A stretch of 64,000 bases of DNA from a virus (Duplodnaviria > Caudoviricetes), in the IMG/VR virus record IMGVR_UViG_3300046171_000202, positions 1,225 through 65,224 of that record, one strand, 5' to 3'. Shown in pieces: positions 57,273 through 64,000 of the stretch. Numbering within the stretch: the stretch's first letter is position 1; every line of letters starts with the position of its first letter. The notes beneath the pieces are model-generated. The model ran no database searches. It was not told the DNA's origin and saw only the letters and a program-made list of their open reading frames with translations. Both the position numbers and the translations under genes were made by a program.

Positions 57273-58102
57273 AATTTCTAATACATTTAAATAGTGGGTG
57301 TCTGTAGCTATTAGCTTTAGTTCTTTGAAAATAAGTAAAGGTAGCACGCTTGCCAATAAAAGAATCTACATTCTTGAGCATTGTTTTAAGATCCTTGTAC
57401 GAGTAGCCCTTGCCCGGAGGACAGCCGAACACTATCCCGTCGTCATCTTGCATAATGAACTTGCCAAGCGTGCCAGTCCGTTTACCTTTACCAGTAACAT
57501 AATCGATGATAGTAGCTTCGGTGTCGCTGAAGTCTTTGAACTTCATTAGATCGTAAGATCTACCGTGCTTGTATATACCATCGCCATTTCTTATAATTGA
57601 GCCTTCGTAGCCGAGTGATAGAAACTCTTCATGCTGAACTCTAGCGTAATTGTAGCTATCAACTAGTAATGCAGGAACGTGCTTGATTTGTGCATCGTAG
57701 AAACCTGCGTTTACAAGTAACTGCATACGTGCTTGATAGTTGTCATACATAACACCATCGAAAGTAATCATATACGTGAAACTGTACTAGATGCTGAGCA
57801 TCTAGCCTGTCTTCATCTGTAGGCTTTTGCTTGCGTACTAGTGATATGATCTTTTCGAAGTCGTGCTTTAGCTTGTGATTGTAAAGCTCGCCATCGAGTA
57901 CTATATCTGGTTGTTCAGCAAAGAAAGGCTTGAGTGCCATTTCAATGTGACGCACGTTCATGAACTGCTTGCCGTTGCGTGAGAATGCACCGTCTTTCGT
58001 GAATAAGCAGCGAACGCCGTCGAGCTTTGCTTGAATGTAAACTGGTCTTGTAAAGTCGATACGTGAGTTATCGAACTTGTGTGCTAACATGGCTTTTTTC
58101 AT
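57265..58102 (-). CDS. ATP-dependent DNA ligase, with one apparent +1 frameshift at about 57760
   Basis: KLDGVRC (motif I), LDGELY, FHVYD, EGSIIRN, LMKFK and a C-terminal OB domain. Confidence 0.88.
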
Positions 58103-58115
58103 TTTGTTTTATATT

Positions 58116-58147
58116 ATTATCCTTCTTGTGTCGTATTTGTTTTGTAA
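58116..58147 (-). promoter_or_regulatory. Promoter-like motif copy 3
   Basis: attatc-cttcttgtg-tcgtat-ttgttt-tgtaa; upstream of the ligase. Confidence 0.75.
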
Positions 58148-58581
58148 TTTTTATCGTACTGTTGTAGAGCTTTTTCTGGTTTGCCTACAAATATAACAGT
58201 TCTAGTTGAAACTTTATATATAGACATATAAGTGTCATGACCTTCTTTAGGGTATAAAGTATATATGTACTCAGCCCAACCGATCTCGTTATCTATTGGG
58301 TGCAGATACATTTGACCTGCTCGATCTTTAAATTTAGCTATGAACTGAGCTGCAAAGCAACCTGCTCCATTAGCTATCTCATTAAGATTTTTGTTATTAC
58401 CTAAGCCATTAATGATCTTTATATCTTTTAACCACTCTGCGTACTCAACAGCCATATACTCTGGATAACCATCGTACTGTTGGTATATGTTAACTAACGC
58501 TAACTCAGCTCTAGTATGACCTTCACTGTAAGACAAACCTTCTTGTCTTGGTATTATTCTTGTTAAACTTCTTGTACCCAT
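58117..58581 (-). CDS. Phage hypothetical protein (MGTRS…YQQYDGYP)
   Basis: 154-aa ORF with the MGTRS/DGYP motif type common in phage early regions. Confidence 0.7.
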   Translation of the reverse strand: MGTRSLTRIIPRQEGLSYSEGHTRAELALVNIYQQYDGYPEYMAVEYAEWLKDIKIINGLGNNKNLNEIANGAGCFAAQFIAKFKDRAGQMYLHPIDNEIGWAEYIYTLYPKEGHDTYMSIYKVSTRTVIFVGKPEKALQQYDKNYKTNTTQEG

Positions 58582-58991
58582 TATATTTTAATTATTTTTA
58601 TTCCTGATTCTTTCATAAGATCAAGCCCTTCGGTTGATCCTTCATAAACTTCTTTGTATACTACCTTAACTATGCCTGCTTGTATTATTAGCTTGCTGCA
58701 ATCTTTACAAGGAGACAACGTGCAGTACAATGTAGATCCGCTTGAGCTGTTAGTAGATTTAGCTACTTTGACTATAGCGTTAGACTCTGCGTGCAGTACA
58801 GACCATTTTGTCTTGTTACCTTCTTCGCAAGTATTACAGAAGCCAGAAGGTGTACCGTTATAACCAAAGGATAATATATTATTATCTTTAACTATAATGG
58901 CACCAACCTTCTTTCTACTGCATTTACTTAGCTGGCTAACTTCACCAGCTATGTTCATATACACTATGTCAAGTTCTTTAATATTAGGCAT
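58581..58991 (-). CDS. dCMP deaminase
   Basis: KVGAIIV, GYNGTPSG, HAESNAI and SPCKDC zinc motifs. Confidence 0.92.
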   Translation of the reverse strand: MPNIKELDIVYMNIAGEVSQLSKCSRKKVGAIIVKDNNILSFGYNGTPSGFCNTCEEGNKTKWSVLHAESNAIVKVAKSTNSSSGSTLYCTLSPCKDCSKLIIQAGIVKVVYKEVYEGSTEGLDLMKESGIKIIKI

Positions 58992-59448
58992 TGATCACTA
59001 CGTCGTTTTGAAGTACCCAACCTTCAGCAAGTAATTCATCTTGCATTTCTTCTACTTTTTCATCAAAGTAATCTTCATATACTTCTGATATTACATCTTG
59101 AAAAGTATAGTTTTCATCTTCTAGCTCTGAGAAATATATCTTAGCACCATCTTTGATCGCGTGAGGCATTTCATCTAGCCAACCATTTTCGTAGTAGTAT
59201 ACATCTTCGGCAATATTAATTTGATTACCATCGCCATATGCGCATACGTGCACGTCATAGCCATCAGCTGTTGATTCTATATAGAACCATCTAGTACAAC
59301 TATTATCCCACATAGATACTATTTCAGCATCCCAGTGGTTTAGTACTACTTTAAGCTTGTCTTCGTGATCTGTATCATGCGGTTGAGTGATACCTTTTTC
59401 TTCTAGTTTTTCCCATAGAACTTCTTCTATTATAATTTTATTTGACAT
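58984..59448 (-). CDS. Acidic hypothetical early protein
   Basis: 154 aa, strongly Asp/Glu-rich; preceded by the promoter motif. Confidence 0.7.
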   Translation of the reverse strand: MSNKIIIEEVLWEKLEEKGITQPHDTDHEDKLKVVLNHWDAEIVSMWDNSCTRWFYIESTADGYDVHVCAYGDGNQINIAEDVYYYENGWLDEMPHAIKDGAKIYFSELEDENYTFQDVISEVYEDYFDEKVEEMQDELLAEGWVLQNDVVINA

Positions 59449-59454
59449 ATTGTT

Positions 59455-59486
59455 ATTATCTTACTTGTTTCGTATTGTGTTTGTAA
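59455..59486 (-). promoter_or_regulatory. Promoter-like motif copy 4
   Basis: attatc-ttacttgtt-tcgtat-tgtgtt-tgtaa; 6 nt before ATG 59448. Confidence 0.75.
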
Positions 59487-59487
59487 A

Positions 59488-59727
59488 TTAATCTAGTAGT
59501 ACCATATATGCTTCAGGGTTAGCTTTTCTAAACCAGTCGCAACCTTTTTGTACTATTGTCCAGTTTTGAGTCATGTTTGCACCCATAATTAGGTCATACA
59601 TAGCTGCTTCATCTGCGCTACAGTCATAACTATCGCCTGAAAACGGGTTAGTGATCGTTTCGCCTTCAGAGTATTTGATACCATCAAACCACTCCGGTAA
59701 TTCTACTTTTTCTTTTGTTTTACTCAT
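59488..59727 (-). CDS. Hypothetical early protein (…NPFSG…WFRKANPEAYMVLLD)
   Basis: ORF track; coupled to the upstream gene. Confidence 0.7.
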   Translation of the reverse strand: MSKTKEKVELPEWFDGIKYSEGETITNPFSGDSYDCSADEAAMYDLIMGANMTQNWTIVQKGCDWFRKANPEAYMVLLD

Positions 59728-59987
59728 AATGTATCTATTTTTAAATCGTTATCTTCTAAGAATAAATTACCACCCCACCTAATATCATACACATCAGTTT
59801 CATACATATCTATACTACTGAATAAGTATATAGAATAAATGGTAGACATTTTAAGATCTTGATACAACATAGCTTCATCTAGTTCTTTGTAGATAAGGTT
59901 AATACAGAAATCATACTCTGGTTTTTCTTTTTCTAATGCTGCTTTAACTTCTGGTCGAAGTCTTTGTAATAAGGTAATTCTTTTCAT
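59724..59987 (-). CDS. Hypothetical early protein
   Basis: ORF track; preceded by the promoter motif. Confidence 0.65.
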   Translation of the reverse strand: MKRITLLQRLRPEVKAALEKEKPEYDFCINLIYKELDEAMLYQDLKMSTIYSIYLFSSIDMYETDVYDIRWGGNLFLEDNDLKIDTL

Positions 59988-60011
59988 ATATTTTTATTTA
60001 ATTTTATACTT

Positions 60012-60043
60012 AATATCCTACTGTCATCGTATTTGTTTTGTAA
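60012..60043 (-). promoter_or_regulatory. Promoter-like motif copy 5
   Basis: aatatc-ctactgtca-tcgtat-ttgttt-tgtaa; abuts the 3' end of the tRNA-like element. Confidence 0.72.
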
Positions 60044-60044
60044 A

Positions 60045-60222
60045 TTGTAGGCGCGGCAGGAATCGAACCTGCCTACCATAGCTTTATTACTTACCTACAT
60101 AGCTTCATTGCCTGCTGGTCGGGTGTCATCACTATGACAGATAAGTAAACCTTCATCGAGCCGTTTATTGCACCTCGTCAGGATCACGCCTTTAATCGCT
60201 ATTTAAAATCCACTTGCGCCTA
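60045..60222 (-). ncRNA. tRNA-like/tmRNA-like structured RNA, about 178 nt
   Basis: 5' TAGGCGC pairs with 3' GCGCCTA; canonical T-arm GGCAGG-TTCGATT-CCTGCC; long internal helix; intergenic. Confidence 0.6.
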
Positions 60223-60287
60223 TATACCCAGTCATTTGCCACCTTTGCTCGTCGCCGCGGTTTGTTATTTATTCGCTGGGTGTGTCT

Positions 60288-60446
60288 TTAGCTTATTAAG
60301 CTTTGTAGTTTTTCTACAGATAACTTGATCAGCTCTTGTCTTTTTTCGTGTGGTAGATCGTCCATCTGCCAATCCACCGTGTCTAGTAGCAGCTCTTGCA
60401 TGTGTATAGCAACGCCGCTAGCAATATCTTCAATTTTCTTCTGCAT
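60288..60446 (-). CDS. Hypothetical protein, 52 aa (MQKKIEDIASGVAIHMQELL…)
   Basis: Hand translation. Confidence 0.55.
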   Translation of the reverse strand: MQKKIEDIASGVAIHMQELLLDTVDWQMDDLPHEKRQELIKLSVEKLQSLIS

Positions 60447-60558
60447 CTCTTTCTTCTCTGATTAATAGTTCTTCAATTTCACACCATAGCATATCATATA
60501 TTTGATCTTTGCTATAGTGTTCTTTTAATTTTGTGTAGGCTAATTCCCACGGTGACAT
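60430..60558 (-). CDS. Hypothetical protein, 42 aa (MSPWELAYTKLKEHY…)
   Basis: Hand translation; operon packing. Confidence 0.5.
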   Translation of the reverse strand: MSPWELAYTKLKEHYSKDQIYDMLWCEIEELLIREERDAEEN

Positions 60559-60562
60559 AATT

Positions 60563-60754
60563 CTACTCATAATTTCCATACATTACTATTGGTTTTTCTG
60601 TTAACATATACTCTACGTACATTATTTTATGACCTGCTTGCTCTATAAAGTCTTCTATCTTGCCCATCGATGTGTTATAGTTGTACCTATAGCACTTACC
60701 GTCGTCGAAGTCGAGTATGAAGAGGTATGTTTTTTTATTAAATATATTTTCCAT
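60563..60754 (-). CDS. Hypothetical early protein
   Basis: ORF track; ATG 6 nt from the promoter motif. Confidence 0.65.
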   Translation of the reverse strand: MENIFNKKTYLFILDFDDGKCYRYNYNTSMGKIEDFIEQAGHKIMYVEYMLTEKPIVMYGNYE

Positions 60755-60760
60755 GTTATT

Positions 60761-60792
60761 ATTATCGATTGCTATTCGTATTATTTTTGTAA
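60761..60792 (-). promoter_or_regulatory. Promoter-like motif copy 6
   Basis: attatc-gattgctat-tcgtat-tatttt-tgtaa; 6 nt before ATG 60754. Confidence 0.75.
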
Positions 60793-61157
60793 TTTCTCAA
60801 GTAGAAGTCTAACATATACTTCATACGTGCAAGTGGACTTAGTATTAACTCACGCTCCCAACACATAGATCTTCTAGTTGATAAACTACCGTCATTACTC
60901 ATTACAGTCCACCTAGTTTCTTTCAAGTACTTCTTGTTTAGTTGATACCATCTACTTGTTGGAGATACTTTTCTTACATAACCTGACTTAAAGCAAGCGA
61001 TGCGCTGGCCTGTTGGCATAAGAAATGATCTTGTACCATTATTACGCTGGCGAGTTGTAGTTACTTCTTGTATACCATATACTATTTCCATTGACTTTGC
61101 GAAAGCATCTTCCACCTTGTGGCGATCTTCGAATTTTATGTTATTATAATTATACAT
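60762..61157 (-). CDS. Hypothetical early protein
   Basis: 131-aa ORF. Confidence 0.7.
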   Translation of the reverse strand: MYNYNNIKFEDRHKVEDAFAKSMEIVYGIQEVTTTRQRNNGTRSFLMPTGQRIACFKSGYVRKVSPTSRWYQLNKKYLKETRWTVMSNDGSLSTRRSMCWERELILSPLARMKYMLDFYLRNYKNNTNSNR

Positions 61158-61326
61158 AAGTGTTACCGTTTATTGTGTACCATTGAGAGTACGAGTTATA
61201 CTTCTTGTCTGCATAGTAGTAAGTTGTGTCTACTTTGTTTACAATTTTGTTCTCACCTTCGGTATCTATAGCTATCTTTGTAGCTACGCCGAAGTCATTT
61301 ACTTCTAGTGTTTTAATTTTTTTCAT
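61150..61326 (-). CDS. Hypothetical protein, 58 aa (MKKIKTLEVNDFG…)
   Basis: Hand translation; overlaps the downstream start. Confidence 0.55.
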   Translation of the reverse strand: MKKIKTLEVNDFGVATKIAIDTEGENKIVNKVDTTYYYADKKYNSYSQWYTINGNTYV

Positions 61327-61343
61327 ATAGTGTATTTATTTAA

Positions 61344-61562
61344 TTATCTTAAGCATGTTCCATAACCTTTGCGCCTTGCAGCTTTATTAATACTATCTGC
61401 TTGTGACTTTGGCATAAACTGAAAGTTATTACCTGTTTTGTGGTTAGTGATCGGCACTGCGCCATAAGGTTCAGTTGTACTACACTTGACACAAGTTTTG
61501 TACGATAGTTTTATTCTGACTGGGTGGATTGGACCACCACATTTGCAAAGTTGTATATTCAT
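61344..61562 (-). CDS. Zinc-finger protein (CKCG…IHPVR…CVKC; DksA/TraR-finger-like)
   Basis: C-x-C…R…C-x2-C spacing; ATG 6 nt from the promoter motif. Confidence 0.6.
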   Translation of the reverse strand: MNIQLCKCGGPIHPVRIKLSYKTCVKCSTTEPYGAVPITNHKTGNNFQFMPKSQADSINKAARRKGYGTCLR

Positions 61563-61568
61563 GTTATT

Positions 61569-61600
61569 ATTATCTTATAGTGTTCGTATTTGTATTGTAA
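61569..61600 (-). promoter_or_regulatory. Promoter-like motif copy 7
   Basis: attatc-ttatagtgt-tcgtat-ttgtat-tgtaa; 6 nt before ATG 61562. Confidence 0.75.
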
Positions 61601-61603
61601 ATT

Positions 61604-61789
61604 CTAATACATTTCTCTTATCCACGATGGTATTTCGCTTGATGATGCGATCTCTACACGATCATCATAGAAGTTTAAGAAGGCTTCTTCATTTACTACG
61701 ATCGATTGACCTGTTTCTTTGACATGTACTACATCAAATATTGACGCGTGGAAAAATTCTGGTGTTGCTTTTTTAATGTTCTTCTGCAT
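61604..61789 (-). CDS. Hypothetical early protein
   Basis: ORF track. Confidence 0.6.
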   Translation of the reverse strand: MQKNIKKATPEFFHASIFDVVHVKETGQSIVVNEEAFLNFYDDRVEIASSSEIPSWIREMY

Positions 61790-61899
61790 AATTTACTTTT
61801 ACTTTATTAATTTCTTTTGTTATTCTTGCTACGAGTTGTATTTCTTCTGCGTCGAGTGCTTGCTCTCTTAGCGTTTCAAGCGCCCATATTATTAGTGTT

Positions 61900-62163
61900 T
61901 TATCCATATATTCTACCTTCTTGTGCTATTGAAAACTTAATTGAGTCGCCTGATACTGATCGAGCGCCAGCATACACAGTTTTTTCTGTCAACCTTTCTA
62001 CTTCAGTTATGAAGTCATATTGAGTGTAGCCAGCACCTTCGGGTACAGCTATGTTAAAACTTGTTATACCTCTCTTAGCGCAGTCTTTTGCTACATTTAT
62101 AGCTGCATTTACTTTTGTTAGCATTGCTTTTTCTATTGATTGTTTACTTACTATTATCTTCAT
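61900..62163 (-). CDS. Hypothetical early protein
   Basis: ORF track. Confidence 0.6.
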   Translation of the reverse strand: MKIIVSKQSIEKAMLTKVNAAINVAKDCAKRGITSFNIAVPEGAGYTQYDFITEVERLTEKTVYAGARSVSGDSIKFSIAQEGRIYG

Positions 62164-62323
62164 TTTGTTCTTGTTCTTTAATATACATGTTAGTTAATTC
62201 TAGTATTGCAAAGATCGCTATCACTGCAAATATATAACCTATTCCTTTGTAGCCTAGCGTGAAGAAACCTACAGATTCTACGCTACCTAATATTGCTAAT
62301 ACTTTTAATATTGTTTTCTTCAT
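62144..62323 (-). CDS. Small membrane protein, 59 aa
   Basis: Hand translation MKKTILKVLAILG…GYIFAVIAIFAILEL; two hydrophobic segments. Confidence 0.5.
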   Translation of the reverse strand: MKKTILKVLAILGSVESVGFFTLGYKGIGYIFAVIAIFAILELTNMYIKEQEQNEDNSK

Positions 62324-62444
62324 AATTATCTTACTATTATTGTATACATGGCGAATACGAGCGCTGTTATTATTGATAGTGTTACTACTCGCTGCGTGTA
62401 TAGCATTACTTTACTTAATTTTGTGTGTGAATGTTTCTGCATAA

Positions 62445-62600
62445 TTACTTTCTTCCTTTACCTACTATTTTATAATTAGTGTACTTGTCTTCCATATTTT
62501 TGTATACTTTGACTATATCGAGTATACCTTCTTCGTTCTTTCGATACATTAGAGTGTATGGGTGGTTAGTTTTGTTCCAGTGTGGTATTCTTCTGTTCAT
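62445..62600 (-). CDS. Hypothetical protein, 51 aa (MNRRIPHWNK…)
   Basis: Hand translation; downstream of the promoter motif copy at 62613. Confidence 0.5.
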   Translation of the reverse strand: MNRRIPHWNKTNHPYTLMYRKNEEGILDIVKVYKNMEDKYTNYKIVGKGRK

Positions 62601-62612
62601 ATTTGTATTATT

Positions 62613-62644
62613 ATTATCTTATAGTGTTCGTATTTATTTTGTAT
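62613..62644 (-). promoter_or_regulatory. Promoter-like motif copy 8
   Basis: attatc-ttatagtgt-tcgtat-ttattt-tgtat. Confidence 0.72.
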
Positions 62645-63105
62645 TTTCTTTAGATAGATCTACTCCACGAGAGAAGTATTTTTCAGTTCCATCTTTGTAC
62701 TTGTATAAGCGATCAAAGTTTTGTGTTGCTTCATTGAAGCGTAGTATAGTTATAAATTCTTTTTTCATATTATTTATTATTATTTATTAGTGTCAATGAA
62801 GCGTTGTAGTATTATTTCTATCGTTACTTGATCGTGGAATGGAAGATCACCTGAAGTTAAGTTATGTTCTTCACATATTGAATTGAAGTCGATATAATTT
62901 AATAGTTCTTTTTTCATATTATTTAGTATTTCTTGCTTTATTTATTAGTTCTTGTACTTGCTCGCGAGTTAGTTCACCAGCCATTTGCTTCAGTATTACT
63001 TGAGTGAAGTCAATTGTTTCTTTTCCGTTATTTAATATTACTTGCATAGTTATTTATATTTTAAGTTAAGTTTAATGTTTTAAGATTTAGAGTTTCCAGT
63101 CTACA

Positions 63106-63342
63106 CTATACAACTTCTGCATCACGTAGTGGAGTTGGTACTGAAGTACTAGAAGTATAGCTTTTGTACTTTTCCCAGCAGTTCATTGCTTCGAGTTTAT
63201 CTTTCATGATAGCGAATGCTTTATCGTGATTGTACTCAAATGTTTTACCATTTTTGAATTCTACTTTGATTGTAGTGTTTTTACCGATTAGTGATTTTCT
63301 GATAACGAATCTTTTTGAAGTGATTGAATTTTGATTTGACAT
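63106..63342 (-). CDS. Hypothetical early protein
   Basis: ORF track; preceded by the promoter motif and an A-rich leader. Confidence 0.7.
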   Translation of the reverse strand: MSNQNSITSKRFVIRKSLIGKNTTIKVEFKNGKTFEYNHDKAFAIMKDKLEAMNCWEKYKSYTSSTSVPTPLRDAEVV

Positions 63343-63392
63343 AATTTTATTTTATTTTAAGTGTTAATGTTTATTTGTTTAGTTGTATTAGT

Positions 63393-63424
63393 ATTATCCA
63401 GTTTGTTTCGTATTTAGTTTGTAA
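63393..63424 (-). promoter_or_regulatory. Promoter-like motif copy 9
   Basis: attatc-cagtttgtt-tcgtat-ttagtt-tgtaa. Confidence 0.75.
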
Positions 63425-63470
63425 AAGTACTAGTTTTGTTTTTGTATTGTTTTGTTGTTAGTAGTATTGC

Positions 63471-63713
63471 TCACACTCTCTCTTCTTCTAGTTTACATAA
63501 GTATGCAGAACGTAAATGGAATAAGTGTTCAAGATCTTTTGTAAGTAGTTGATATGTTACTCCATTGTTGAAAGCATTTTGTATGTACTTTTCTATGAAT
63601 GGATCGACTGATCCGTCAGCTGGAGATGGTGCATGTTCGTAGAATAAATCTGCTGCATAATCTGTCAGTGTTTCTAAGTACTCGTCGTAAGTTAATGTGT
63701 TTATGTTATTCAT
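63471..63713 (-). CDS. Hypothetical early protein
   Basis: ORF track; ATG 6 nt from the promoter motif. Confidence 0.65.
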   Translation of the reverse strand: MNNINTLTYDEYLETLTDYAADLFYEHAPSPADGSVDPFIEKYIQNAFNNGVTYQLLTKDLEHLFHLRSAYLCKLEEERV

Positions 63714-63719
63714 GTTATT

Positions 63720-63751
63720 ATTATCTTTAATGTTTCGTATTTACTTTGTAA
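63720..63751 (-). promoter_or_regulatory. Promoter-like motif copy 10
   Basis: attatc-tttaatgtt-tcgtat-ttactt-tgtaa; 6 nt before ATG 63713. Confidence 0.75.
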
Positions 63752-63788
63752 TATCTTTTGTTATTATTTGTAGTTGTTATTCATATAT

Positions 63789-63820
63789 ATTATCTATATC
63801 GTCTCGTATTAAGTATGTAA
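63789..63820 (-). promoter_or_regulatory. Promoter-like motif copy 11
   Basis: attatc-tatatcgtc-tcgtat-taagta-tgtaa; tandem with copy 10. Confidence 0.72.
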
Positions 63821-64000
63821 GTGCTATACATATATTGTCAAATAAAAGTCTGAAATATCTACAGCGAGTGCAAGATCAGGTTAAGGATGAGGGTAGGGGA
63901 TCGGGCCGGGTAACGCCAAAAAATTATCTGGAACGGATATAAATAGGGTGGGGCTGGTAATAAAAAATGGTTTTTACTTTGCGATGCGGCCGGCGAGGTG

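Noticed and set aside
47076-58102. True pseudogenes, programmed frameshifts or stop-codon reassignment explaining the split nrdB, primase-helicase, sigma and ligase
   Set aside because: The breaks are frame changes rather than in-frame stops, there is no shared slippery site, catalytic motifs are intact, and the insertions follow a two-allele wobble pattern typical of consensus error. Long genes elsewhere read normally in the standard code
60150-60185. Hammerhead ribozyme suggested by CUGACGA on the - strand
   Set aside because: The required GAAA after stem II is absent (the sequence reads CUCGAUG)
60045-60222. Canonical tRNA or canonical tmRNA (ssrA)
   Set aside because: No 7-nt anticodon loop at the expected place, no G3-U70 pair, too short for tmRNA, and no reading frame ending in an ALAA-like tag
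62325-62356. Twelfth copy of the early promoter motif
   Set aside because: Has attatc and a near-match ttgtat at the right spacing but lacks the invariant tcgtat and the tgtaa box
53179-63820. Repeated 32-bp motif as a CRISPR array or attC-like cassette sites
   Set aside because: Copies are separated by whole genes at irregular distances, are not palindromic and have variable internal spacers; no cas or integrase gene is visible

Overview
The window is a large, apparently near-complete piece of an AT-rich lytic dsDNA tailed phage genome. It is probably a podovirus-like phage of marine Bacteroidota/Flavobacteriia, inferred from A-rich start contexts without Shine-Dalgarno sites and a gene order recalling GroEL-encoding Cellulophaga-type phages distantly related to crAss-like phages. 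The + strand arm (1-45351) carries groEL/groES, tail fibres, terminase, portal, scaffold, major capsid, tail proteins, a 2802-aa internal protein and lysis genes. The - strand arm (45372-63820) carries nrdAB, nucleotide metabolism genes, primase-helicase, SSB, RecE/ERF-like recombination genes, a sigma-70-like factor, DNA ligase and many small early genes. The two arms meet at a bidirectional terminator. Most notable observations: (1) a HExxH zinc-peptidase domain beside a family of basic proteins built from cassettes delimited by [ST]P-x-K and sharing N-terminal leaders, a candidate protease/polyprotein peptide-release system; (2) a thymidylate-synthase homologue with the T4 gp42 dCMP-specific signature, plus dCMP deaminase and MazG-like genes; (3) a 178-nt tRNA/tmRNA-like non-coding element; (4) an 11-copy fixed-spacing promoter-like motif TTACA-N6-ATACGA-N9-GATAAT; (5) seven frameshifts in four replication/transcription genes that look like two-allele consensus artefacts. 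All calls come from reading motifs by eye; no database searches were run.
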